Assembly: GCA_964304625.1 (NCBI GenBank)
Contig: OZ199839.1
Coordinates: 3,071,223 to 3,135,222 of the forward strand
Length of the DNA: 64,000 bases
Source of the DNA: Kudoa neothunni
Lineage: Eukaryota > Animalia > Cnidaria
Direction of reading: 5' to 3'
The notes under the pieces were generated by a model, which was not told where the DNA came from, did no database searches, and saw only the letters and a program-made list of their open reading frames with translations. A program made the translations under genes and the position numbers. Positions 53,182 through 64,000 of this stretch are shown one piece after another. Each line of letters begins with the position of its first letter. Within the stretch, counting starts at the first letter, position 1.

Positions 53182-53393
53182 TGTTACGTGGGGATCAGAG
53201 ATAAGTTAATCTTCAACAACTAATCCCCGGTGTTATTAGTTGTCACCCTTGTACAATAGCGCATAAAGCTCCCGGTAGAAATTCTGGTAATGTATTATCA
53301 CATTAATGTCTGTTTATTTGTTGGGAATTAAGTTCGTAATTCTGTCATAACTCCGCTTCATTCACATCAAACTTTCTCCGGGGCAACGTAATA
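53182..53393 (-). mobile_element. Possible solo LTR abutting the THAP start codon
   Basis: Termini TGTTACGT...ACGTAATA (TG...CA with one change). AATAAA on the minus strand at ~53313. TSD unconvincing. Confidence 0.35.
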
Positions 53394-54237
53394 AGGGTAT
53401 TTTGTGAGGGTCGAAACTAATACCCCACTCGATTCGTCGGTACTTGCGTGATTGATCTATCCTGAGAATTTGGATGGCAGGTATGTTCAACTACTGGAAA
53501 TTAAATAAATTTCAAGCTAGGTGTTTTTCCTGAGTAAGGTTTAAGTAAAATGAGCGATTGACGCGAAATTTTTTTGAAATTTATTAAACTACTTCAACTG
53601 ATTACTGTTATAACGACCGAAAATATGCAATATGTAATAATTTGGCCCCATCAATCGACTAATCTAATACGTGACATAAAATCACCCTAATATTGATATG
53701 CGTTGCGCTCCTGTTATCGAAAAAGTATGTAGTCGAACATCAAAAATTATCTGAAAATGCCGAAATTAAACTTACGCGCACGCGCGAAATAAATTTGTGA
53801 AAGTTTTTTACATTATTTTATTTTTCACTATTATATGTTGATTTTATATTTAAAAAACGAATCCATTATATATACGTTCGAAATTTGAAAAAAGTGAAAA
53901 TAGTATTTTGAGATCAATACCTCTAGAATGTAGATGCTATGTAGCCTGTGCATGCTTGCTCCTGATACCTGACCTGATATGAGAGGCTAGAATGTTGCAG
54001 CACTGTATTAGAATGAAACTTTCTAGATTATAGAAAAAGGGTTATTATTTATAAATTAATAATTTCTTACATATTTTGATATTTTGAGTGTGCTTGTATT
54101 CGAAAATTGAAGAAAAAAGTTGTTCCGGATTGCGACCGCTGAAATTTTGATTAATCGAAATTTTTTGTTAAGTATATTACGTCAATTTCAAATAAATTTT
54201 AAAAAATCGTTCGGATTACGTGATTTTACTGTATATA

Positions 54238-55092
54238 CAGTATTGCAAGATCTAAGGCGACTGGGTAAAATCGAAATGCAACCATCCGCTGGCGCCGGAA
54301 AAAATCATTAAGTTATGTCGTGAATTTTCTCAAATTAAATGTTACAATTAAAGGTACAATCCTGAAAATGTGTAATTGAGATACACATGTAAAATCTAGT
54401 CAAGATGCTGATTCATTTGTGTAATAACTAAAAAATCTTGTACATATAAAATATGTATTAAAATCTATAAAAAATAAACCACTTTATATCCCAGTCGTTT
54501 ACAAAGTTGAACCGGAGTTTTTCATTTCTGTGAGAAAATCACTCGGTAGATCGACTTCTGAGAGCAGAACACATTTCAAAATTAAATGTGCCCGATCTAA
54601 TAACGTAACATTATTTTCTGTCATAAACTCAGGAGGTGTTGGGACTTATCATGTGGAGTATTGATCTGTAAATCAACATATATTTCATGTTTTCGTCGAT
54701 GAATTATTCATTGATTTGGATAATGAAGGAATCAAAAAAATTAGTCTTGTTATGAAAAATGTCAGCTTCCCTTTGACAGATTTAATTATGAAGTTATTTC
54801 GGATGAGAAATCATAAGCTTCTATTTTTGCCACCATAATCGCGATTTCTTAATACCATTGAAAAGTTTTCCCGCCAATTAAAAACTATTGTAACAAATAA
54901 ATATCCAGAAAATTAGGAAGAACTATTAAACGCTATTATAGAGAGTTCCGTAGAAGTTACCTCACAAAATTGTCTGAATTATTCAAACCGCGCTGAATCC
55001 CTATTTTCCGTGGCGTTTGAACGTTGAAGAAATTAACAATTAATTATAATAATTCATTTCTAAGAAAGTTGCATTTAGATCTCGAAATACTG
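54238..55092 (+). mobile_element. Second, more decayed copy of the Tc1/IS630 family seen at 43585
   Basis: TIRs CAGTATTGCAAGATCTAA / GTTGCATTTAGATCTCGAAATACTG. Remnant FLPP*SRFLNTIEKF. Confidence 0.85.
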
Positions 55093-56589
55093 TTTAATTA
55101 TTTTAAAATAAAATATAATTAAATGAATGAATGAATGAATGAATGAATGATTAATAAATATTATGCATAGATTTTTAGGGGTTTTACACTTATTCGCGGA
55201 AAGTCGTGGAATGTATCGTTTGTTGATTCTTACATTACCTTGATCCAGAACTTCCTAATTCATTATAGTTTCCACATCCTCGACATCTAAAGAAGATAAC
55301 TCGGCATCCTTTCTCAAAAAAAATAATGAAGAAAATTTATTTTTTGGCGGGAAAATGTATCTACCAAAATTACATGAAAAAGAAAAAAGTTTACTTGAAC
55401 GAGAAAACAAATGCAAGCAAAATTAATACATCTGATAATAAATTAAATGTTTTGACATTTTTCTTGTAGCTTGGGGAAATAATTATGTCGAAATGAGGCT
55501 CTTTATTAGATAGAGATAGATACACATATATCATTATTTATTAATCAACTAGACAATTGGTATCTTGAAGAAAAATGTCAGATACGAATAGTGGGGAGAG
55601 CGGAATGTTGGATTTTCTAGTTTTTATTTTAACTATAAATTTAAAAATTAAATGAGGAAAGTAAACATCTGACCCTATCGTGGACGTAAATTTTTATTTA
55701 ATATAATTTGTTAGTACAAATTTATTTTAACTTTAAGTAGACTATGTTAAAAACATAATTCAGACGCTAACTAAAATTTAATTATTAATTGCTTTATAGT
55801 TTATTTAACAAAAATATAAAATACAATTTTTAAGAATTCCATCCACCCTACAAAACTTTAATAATTTATATTTTACATTAACTAGAGTGAATATCTTATA
55901 ATTTATTAGTTTGGACCACTTAAGATTTTAATTTTATAATTTATTAATGAAAAAAATAAATATAATTTTTGTTTTATATATTAATAAATAAATCATAGTA
56001 TATTGTGTTAGGGCAAGAAACCATCGTTCAAATATGACAATCGTAATAAGGCAAGTTAATTTGTTCTTATATAACCGGTAATATTATACAGATGGGTTTT
56101 CACAGATAGCGATACCTCATCAGTACATAAGGGATTATTTTAGAAACCCACACACAATCTTCCAGCCCCAACAGAATGAAAACGCAAATTTATTATCAAT
56201 TAAATTTATCACATGATTAATGTTTATCAGGCTTATTTCGGCTTCGATTGCGGACGAATCTCGCGTGTTATACTTTCGAGTGAAATTCCGATTAAGTAGA
56301 ACTGGTAGATTACTTGTAAAGCCTACTTGGTCGTATAATTTTGTTCGTTGGCTCAGGGTATGAGTCTCGAGTCCCCGGTCGGGAAGCCTTGCTGTAATCC
56401 TTTCCATAGTTACCATACTTTGGTCTTCATAATTAAATGTAAGACCAGCACTGGCATTTTCATTCATAGTATTATATGACCCCGATTTATGTTGGAAAGG
56501 ATTGCATTAAAATTTAAAATTAAGAGCGGCGGTATCGCTTCAACTCAGGCTGATGGAGCAAAGGGTTTAGTGCCTAAATATTCTTTTAT

Positions 56590-58867
56590 CCTTCCGGGCG
56601 CCTCAAAAAACACTATACACTTGGTGCTCTTGAGGTCTATTTTTTGTAAAAATTGTGATAAACTTAGTTTAAGTATTTGAAAAAAATCTATCGAAGTGCT
56701 TCAAAGTTATCATGATAAACATTTCCTATGAAATAGCACGAGTTGCATCGAGTACAAAAATAATGTTACCGATCGCTATACTCTGAGCCTTATGAATTAT
56801 CGAAATCATTTTGATCCCTATTTTAGCGCTAATAAAAAAATTATAAAATGTTTAAAGAACATAAAAATGTATATTACTAAATAAATTGAGTTGTTTATCG
56901 ATCTCTAATGAATAATCAAAACAAACGGATTGTGAATGTTGCTCACAGCAATACTGTAAGCGTACAGTGCAGATGTTTCTTGATTTTCTGTCACTACTTC
57001 TCGAACATAAGTAGCATCCTCTTCTGAATTTTGATAAGTTTTCGTTGGTTCTATTCAACGTTTCTGTGAGAATATTAGGTCGTTTAATGTTCAAAAACGA
57101 CTTGACAAGCTCATCTGCTAAATTCTCAAGGAATTTGGATCTTGTAATTTTATTGGCACTGAATACGATTTTATACATGGAAAATGAATTAATTAAACTT
57201 ATATCTAAGATATTGAAGAAAACCATGGTTGGCCAACGGTTTGAATATCTCTTAACGCTGGTTGACGCGAATATTCTATCAACGGTGTCAACCCCACCTT
57301 TTGTTTTGTTTTGTTGTAACAATTAATAACATCTGGATTTCTGTATATATCATTAGATAAACTGGTATTATTTGTTGATCTTGTCGACATTAAAACCGCC
57401 TTATTTTTGTGCTACATATGATACCAGCATTTTCCTGTCATTAAAAAGAAAACGTGAACTGTATAAATCTCTGGATCTATTCGCTTTTATTACCTCAGGA
57501 ATATCTCATTTATTAGACCTGATGATACAAAGCATTGTGAGTCCTACATTTAGTAACTTATTGGAGAGGGGTACTGAGGTAAAAAATTGTTGGAAACAAT
57601 ATTTCTACCACTAGGTTCTAAATATTAAACGTGATCCAGTACAACACTCTCTCATAAGCATTTTACCCTTTGCTTATTGACTTCACCTAGATAAATGGAT
57701 ATATTATGACAATAATTAGTTGCGGGATCAACCAACAAAAAAATTTGATGCCATAAACCGCCGGTTTTGTAGGCATGTACAGCTTAAATGGGTATTTAGC
57801 CCTAAAAGGTACTAATCGCTCATCGACAGTTAGGTCTGCATGCGGAATCAGGTATTTAGACAATACCCCTGCCCAATTCTCAAACATTTATCGAATTGGG
57901 CAAAACTTATCGCCTTCTCTTCGCTGAGGCCTCATTTCAAAGTCATAAAAATGTAGAGCCCTCGTTCTTTCAAGAAATCTACGTAAAGGCATTATTGTAC
58001 GAAATATGGGTCTACGCTTGTTTACACCCCATAAAGATTTAACAGATTCTAGTTTAGATTTATAAATCGCCATGTATAAAAGAATGCCAATGTAAGCACG
58101 AAACTCTAAACATGATAACTCTTTCCACGATTCGAGATAATGTTGGAATCCAAATTTTGTTGTATTTCTGACAATAATATCTCAGAAATTGACGCCAAAA
58201 AATATATACAGGCAATCAAGTAACGCAACTATTCTGTTCGCTGTATAGGCAATAATGCCTCTAGCCTTATCCATTATGTTCTCCTCCCGTTCTTTGGAAT
58301 GTGTGGGTATTTCGGTAGACCATGCCTCGTTATTTTTATTTAAATACACAGAAGGTGTATTAACACATACATTATCATCAGAATCCGATGATAATCATTC
58401 TAAATCACTATACTCTTCAGTGTCAAGTATTTAACTGCAATCGCTATCGTTTTCACTGGAAAACATGCAATGGTAATCACTCATTTCTTAGAATCGATCT
58501 GTAATAATTTTTTTTAAAGCGGAAAAATATTTATATTTTTAATAATAACAACATATATAACGGCAATATTTGATTAGATATGGTTCCTAATTAAACGTTT
58601 CCATATGGCAACATTCGGCGTGAAAGGGTTAATTAATCGATAGAATTCTCTTAGATTTTAGTTAGAAAACATTTTTCTTCGCCCAAATCTATATAAATTG
58701 TTTGTTTTATCACTATGATATTTTTTTTAATTTAAGTGAGCATTGTAGAAAAGTAATATTTTTGGAAGAATGGACAGTGGATCTAACGTTCTCTATATCA
58801 GGAAAGGCAATAAAATATCATTCCAACAGGCTCTGTAGTCTATTAGACTCCAGAGTCGTTCGGAAGG
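56590..58867 (-). mobile_element. Decayed piggyBac transposon
   Basis: Remnants DKFCPIR, LTVDERLVPFRAKYPFKLYMPTKPAVYGIK, KTKGGVDTVD, RWPTMVFFNILD and the CRD CYLC...C...CEQH. Ends CCTTCCGGGCG (56590) and TTCGGAAGG (58867). A second-family terminus ...GTGAAAGGG|TTAA lies at 58600-58632. Confidence 0.9.
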
Positions 58868-59290
58868 TTATTAGTGCAATAATGAAGACGAAATACAGTT
58901 AAAACATAAAATAGACTTATTTAAACTAAATTATGTTAGGAGACATCAATCATAGATTATAGTTTAAGAGAAAACTAAACTTTGATTGCATTAAATCATA
59001 TAATATTTTTTTGGTGGGAATGATGCTAATTTGACTGAGGCGTACATGTGTAACATCACTTCGAATTAAAATATATATATATATATCATACAATCTCTAT
59101 TGCCAACATATAAGGTTTACATCGATTTTATTTAACCAATAAAATTATGGAAATAATTAGAAAACATCGACCCATTTAATTGTTTAGTAAAGCCGACTAA
59201 AAATTATGAATTTAGAACAAATTACAAAATTAATAAAATCTAAGTAAATGTAACACATTCAAAGATCAACATTTATAGGAGATCCATATA

Positions 59291-60194
59291 TCAATCAGTC
59301 GAAGGATTCTTATTTTCTAGAACGTTCTCGTAGGGACAAATATAGCTCCAATAAAAACTTCCGTTGATGTCTGGTCTGTAATAGAAAATATGGTATGAAT
59401 TGATAGGTTTGGCTTCATGGAGGGAACCCCTCAGTAGTTTATTGGTAACATCGCGTTCATAGTAGATCTAAAGATTTTTTTCAAATTTTAAAAATTGCCC
59501 CCCAAAACAACACCAGCACCAATCCACCTGTCTATAATTGAATTCCACTAACGTAACATAGGTTTTATCGACACCAGGATATGATCCGGATATTAGCGAC
59601 ACAAGTTTTGGCGGTTGTATAACTTTCACTATTCTCCAATGGATTTTTTTCTTTCCATACCACGAACGTTTCAATATTTCGTTGGCCACCTTGGGCATAC
59701 AGAATGTCAGTATAAGATTATCATCACCACTTGGAAAACATTTCAAATCCACACGTTTACAAAAACTCATAACAATTTGACAACATCACTTACTCAATGA
59801 TTGCATTGGATACAGTTCGATAGACGTGGAAACATTGTAAAGCGATAGATTCGGTTGAATGTGGTAAATTTCTATTTGAAATGGTATTTAGAAAAAAGCG
59901 AACCTCCCCCAAAAGTTACAATAATTTAACTTTCATATGAGAAATTCTCTTTTGCATCTAAGCATCTCAGATAAATATAAAAAATACAGGAAAATAGTAA
60001 ACTTTTGTCATGTTATGTGGATTTTTAAAGTTTACTTTAATAGAATCTATTATGAGAAATATATTGTAAAACTCTATTGACAATTGTATACCCATAGCGC
60101 TATTGAATGTTGACGACGTGGGTTGTTGAACAACGGTTTTTTCTAACCTAGAGCAATGCCTGGAAATACTTTGAAAGATACCCAATTTCATCAT
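59291..60194 (-). CDS. MRPL45: Tim44-like domain protein, probable mitoribosomal mL45 (MRPL45/Mba1-like), 6 exons
   Basis: Presequence MMKLGIFQSISRHCSRL. KKKIHWRIVKVIQPPKLV...YVTLVEFNYRQ|IYYERDVTNKLLRGS...YHIF...W parallels mL45 KTVRWSFVESLEP...[21 protein letters not shown]...YVVF...W. Confidence 0.65.
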
Positions 60195-60312
60195 TGGTTA
60201 AAATTGTGATTTAAAAGTTGATATGCGCGATTCGCAGCCAACATCACTATATCTGATCGCAACAAATTCACCAACTCACGTGATAAAAAATTGTCATTTT
60301 TTTGACGATAAA

Positions 60313-61151
60313 ATGGATTTTGAGGATATACTAGAGCCTCATCTGTTAAATACAACTTGGAATGATGTGAAACCATTCCACGAACGTTATTTCAAAATGT
60401 ACACTCCGAAAAGTAACAATACACTCAACCAAGTTTATTGCAGCTAAAAATTGTTTAAATAAATAGATGATACCATTAATCCATCCCCAATCTATTTGAT
60501 TCACACTAACAAGTAAATAATTGCGTAACCAAGTGAGTGTATAAATTAATAACTAGAATTATTGTGATATTGTTGGCGATGAATGCTAACAGTGATAATG
60601 AGATAGAAGCAATAGAATTTGATTGTATAAAAGGTTCGGTTTGAGGAATATAATTGTGGTGTTCGTGTAAAAAGAAGCGTGGCTGTCAATTTTTGAATAT
60701 CGGTCAGCCAATGTTCACTTAAAAATGAAAGATGGTTCCATTTTTCAAGTGAAATCGTATGCTATTCTCCCACCAATCTAACAACTCAATTTAATTGAAA
60801 TTTTTGTCGAAACGAGCTAATAACACGTTAGTTGATGTTGGTTAAATCTCTAATTTTTTCAACCATCTCAATCTCTAATTAATACACTAAAATTCTCACA
60901 TTTAACGATCTAGTGACATAAACGGAAAAATTATCGAAGTGAATGATCGACTTTTAAAGACCCCCAACCTCATTAGCAGTGAAGTAATTGTTACTAATGC
61001 TTTATGGGATTGATTTAGCACAATTTATAATTATTCTCAATCGTAGGCATACAAATACAACGGGGGTTATCTTATGATTATCGACAACAAAAAAGCGAAC
61101 CAACCAATAGAAAATAACATGGAATTAATAAATCCAAAATCTGCTCAATAG
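60313..61151 (+). CDS. ABITRAM: Protein Abitram / FAM206A (Simiate), spliced; apparent 1-nt frameshifts in this sequence
   Basis: KPFHERYFKMY, IYLIHTNK|IIVILLA, KKKRGCQFL...KMKDGSIFQVKS|DINGKIIEVNDRLLKTPNLI..|..GGYLMII match FAM206A motifs. The frame is broken near 60632, 60667 and 60720. Confidence 0.8.
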
Positions 61152-61199
61152 AATAACTACTATTTATAGCGTTAGATGTGTATTTTTTCTATTAGATGA

Positions 61200-61949
61200 T
61201 TAGTTGGAGGTGGTTGTTTGTGAGTTTGATTGGTCGTCATCTGAATCACTTTCAATGTCTGCATCCCCAAAATTTTCAAAATTCGGCTCGCCCCATCATA
61301 TCTTGAGCGTTGTTGTTGTTGTTGTTGAAAAGCCCCATATTTTTAAACATATTATTGTCATCGACTGGTCTTCAGTATCATCAGAACTTCATCGTGCATT
61401 CGGCGAAAGTCCGTTTTTATGAAGTTGGGCTAAATTTTAAAACACATAACAAATGTTATCAGCGGTCGGTCACCAGTGCAACGAATACCTTAGCAATAAT
61501 CGGAGAGAGGTTGCTTCCAGAATCGACCGTCTTTGTTCTTTTTCGCCAATGTGATAACGATCTCTCTACCATACACAAATGATTTATGATCCTATATTAA
61601 GAATGTGAGTAGATTGTGATGATAATAAGTCAGTGGTTAATTGATAGTTGGTCGGCTGATAAGATTTTTTAATGGCAAATCTCACGTATTTTTTTGTATA
61701 ACAAAAATATTAGTTGTACATCAGTGTCAACAGCATCGAATAGATTTAAAGTGACATCGTACGGTTTATCGTCATTATCTTTAGCGCTAATTAGGATCGA
61801 TTCAAATGAGAAACTATCATAATCACAATTCACCTAAATGTCAGTTTGTTTTCCTCAACTTTGTATTCCAAATCTTTCCCACCATTTAACTGGAAAGAAA
61901 AACAAACATGGTTTTCGTTATCTTGAGACCACAAAACTTTTGGGATCAT
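61200..61949 (-). CDS. PTGES3: p23 / Hsp90 co-chaperone (CS domain plus acidic tail); apparent 1-nt frameshifts in the 3' half
   Basis: MIPKVLWSQDNENHVCFSF...KVEENKLTFS|AKDNDDKPYDVTLNLFDAVD|...GREIVITLAKK...FWKQP...PNFIKTDF...acidic D/E/N/M-rich tail. Indels near 61498, 61388, 61367 and 61293. Confidence 0.8.
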
Positions 61950-62507
61950 TCCAGATGCTAACGCGAGTTGTCGCGAAAACTCGCCAATCTTACTGGGCAA
62001 ATTGACGTTAGGTTTTTGGCTAATCTTTAACAGTTTTAAGCGAACAAGATACTCGAAAATGATTTATATATTTATGGGATTATTTTAACGAACTACCAAC
62101 GTTGATACAATTAAAATGACAAGTTTGTCACCGGCGTTACATCGTTTCACGCCATGCATACATACACACGCAACAACGTGAACGAACAACACGCTCTACT
62201 AACCTCTTAGCCTTAGCACGTGGTTTTCGGTTTATATTTTGTATATTTATTTGATAAACAAGTATTATTTATTCAACAATAATTAATCCGCGACAATTGG
62301 CATTACATTGTGCTTCGTAGCCGTTGAAATTGTTAGTGGCTGTTGCAACGCATGGGAATATCCCCTAAAATAACGATTGTACCAAAATGTTAATTCCATA
62401 AATTCATATAACAATAAATGAACTATTATTCAATAAATTAGTCGACTTGTTGCCCCTAAATTTAACTAGTATGCGGCCATTGTTTAAAATTTTCCTTCTA
62501 CAAATTA

Positions 62508-63097
62508 GGATCATATTTAAAATACACCCCAAATCCGTATAATGGAGTGAATCATATGTCAGATTTGCGCGATAACAATTATTCTGCCACAACATATATA
62601 TATATATATATTGATTTAAAAAAAATATATAATTAAATTTGATGTAATAATCGGGGTTTAATTCATCTAAAACCCCAGTCCACAAATCTTCTTCGTGTGT
62701 GTCATCCTCCATTGAAATTCACAAAGAAATTCGTTGATTCCACCTTCATCAATTCCATCAGGTTCATCAAAGTAATCTACCAATGAGGTCAGATTTCTTG
62801 GCGATATTTTATATTTAACGACTTTCCATGTCCTCTCAATTGTATTTGTATGTGCTCATGTAATTGAGTCCACATATTCTATCCTTTTATTAAACTGTAA
62901 ATGCTGTTCAAATTCATGGAATTGATCATAAGTGGAAGAACAATTTATGGATATCGTACGTCGTTCTATCATGTGAGTTTTATTAATGAAAAAAACGACG
63001 TGTTATTCCACCACCATATACAGACGGATTATAGTCAGTCGATTATAATCTACATTAGGCAGTATCGGATTTGGGAGGCGTATGTTAAACCTCAGCC
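62508..63097 (-). mobile_element. Merlin (IS1595/ISXO2-like) transposon remnant
   Basis: Remnant EYVDSIT*AHTNTIERTWKVVK...EFLCEFQWR. GG-initiated degenerate TIRs share TTTAA.ATAC..C.CAAATCCG. 9-bp flanks TACAAATTA/TACTATTTA. Confidence 0.78.
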
Positions 63098-63236
63098 TAC
63101 TATTTAATTTACTTTAATATAGATATTTCCTACCAACGAATGTATACAGGGATAAATTTTTATCTAATCATAATGCTAAATGTAGTCACAATGCACAAGT
63201 ACAGTCGAACCCCGTTTGTCCGAATGATTCTTTAAA

Positions 63237-63641
63237 GTCGTGGGACAGATAGCACATCGGTGTGACACTCGGACTCAGAACCTTGAGGTAATAGTAGTAG
63301 GTTCGAATCCGCCGGTGGTCAGACTACTGCTTCCGTGTCGGCGGGTCTCTATCACATATTTAAGGACTGTGGTTAACATGTTCGCTCGCTGTGAGGTGGG
63401 ATGCATTGGCAGCCAGATTTGCGTGAATAGGAGTTTGAATCTCCGGAACCTATCGAAAAGGCAAAGTGATTTGCAGTTCCCACAGAACCAGCGTCCTTAA
63501 AGGGATAGGGTATAGGGTTTGGGGTGGTGGTCGTCCTAAGACGAGGATGTTTAGTGGGTTAAAGTCCCACACTACCGCATAAAGATAAGCGACGGGGTTT
63601 CATGTTACGTCCCTGTGGTGGCCTTAAGCGTTAGTAAAAAA
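63237..63641 (+). mobile_element. tRNA-derived SINE (~405 bp)
   Basis: Pol III A box TAGCACATCGG (63250-63260) and B box GGTTCGAATCC (63300-63310). GC-rich body with an A-tail. 14-bp TSD AATGATTCTTTAAA / AATGATTTTTTAAA (13/14). Inserted just inside a TA|CAGTCGAACCCCG MITE end at 63202. Confidence 0.88.
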
Positions 63642-64000
63642 AATGATTTTTTAAAATTTATTTGAAAATTGTGGATATTCTAAATAAAATAATTTCGTTT
63701 AAACCGAAATCCGAATCAACTTTTAGCTGGAATTTTCGGGAAAAATGCCTTGGAGTCCGGATTAGTGCCTAGTTAAAATGGCGCCTATGTTTATTTTTTT
63801 GATACATATGTTTGTTATTTATTCAATTTAAGTTTATGCTTAATTAATAGAAATAACGTAGTGTAGATAATACATTATTATTGTATGTTCAAAATGCAAC
63901 CATGTTCATGATGAACGAATAAATGTTGGGTAAAGACAAACTCTTTTGTATAATTTCATGAGTAATAAAATATAAAAAGGGAATTTTTGGATTGTTTAAT

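Noticed and set aside
56135-56580. 110-aa minus-strand ORF, possible Gypsy RNase H/integrase remnant
   Set aside because: Only vague motif resemblance, with no LTR, RT or integrase signature. Cannot be supported.
63241-63322. Functional tRNA-Leu(CAG)
   Set aside because: Acceptor and T stems do not pair, and it continues into a 400-bp body with an A-tail and TSD. It is a SINE head.
1-64000. CRISPR arrays, rRNA, prokaryotic operons or an alternative genetic code
   Set aside because: None seen. Intact genes translate with the standard code, and in-frame stops occur only in transposon relics or at the indel cluster.

Overview
AT-rich eukaryotic nuclear DNA. It is clearly metazoan (antenna-type GDH, leucine-zipper/2xCNB PKG, THAP domain), with strongly diverged proteins and mostly 40-70 nt GT-AG introns. 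That pattern fits a fast-evolving parasitic lineage such as a myxozoan cnidarian (inference only). Twelve protein-coding genes were reconstructed by hand: CAPZB, LMBRD1, glutamate dehydrogenase, a multi-RRM protein with a mitochondrial-like N-terminus, an intronless PKG-like protein, TACO1, ATG101, a secreted saposin-like protein, a THAP-domain protein, an mL45/MRPL45-like protein, ABITRAM/FAM206A and p23/PTGES3. Intergenic DNA and long introns are filled with decayed DNA transposons (piggyBac, hAT, Tc1/IS630, pogo, Merlin, a Helitron end), putative solo LTRs and one well-bounded tRNA-headed SINE. Main observations: the PKG-like ORF is intact but has lost its glycine loop, catalytic Asp and DFG while keeping both cGMP-type binding cassettes and the dimerisation zipper, so it is a candidate cGMP-sensing pseudokinase. 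GDH has Asn at two GTP-site histidines. ATG101 lacks the WF finger. A single-domain secreted SAPLIP is a candidate lytic effector. All homology calls come from recalled family motifs, not database searches. Exon boundaries are manual.
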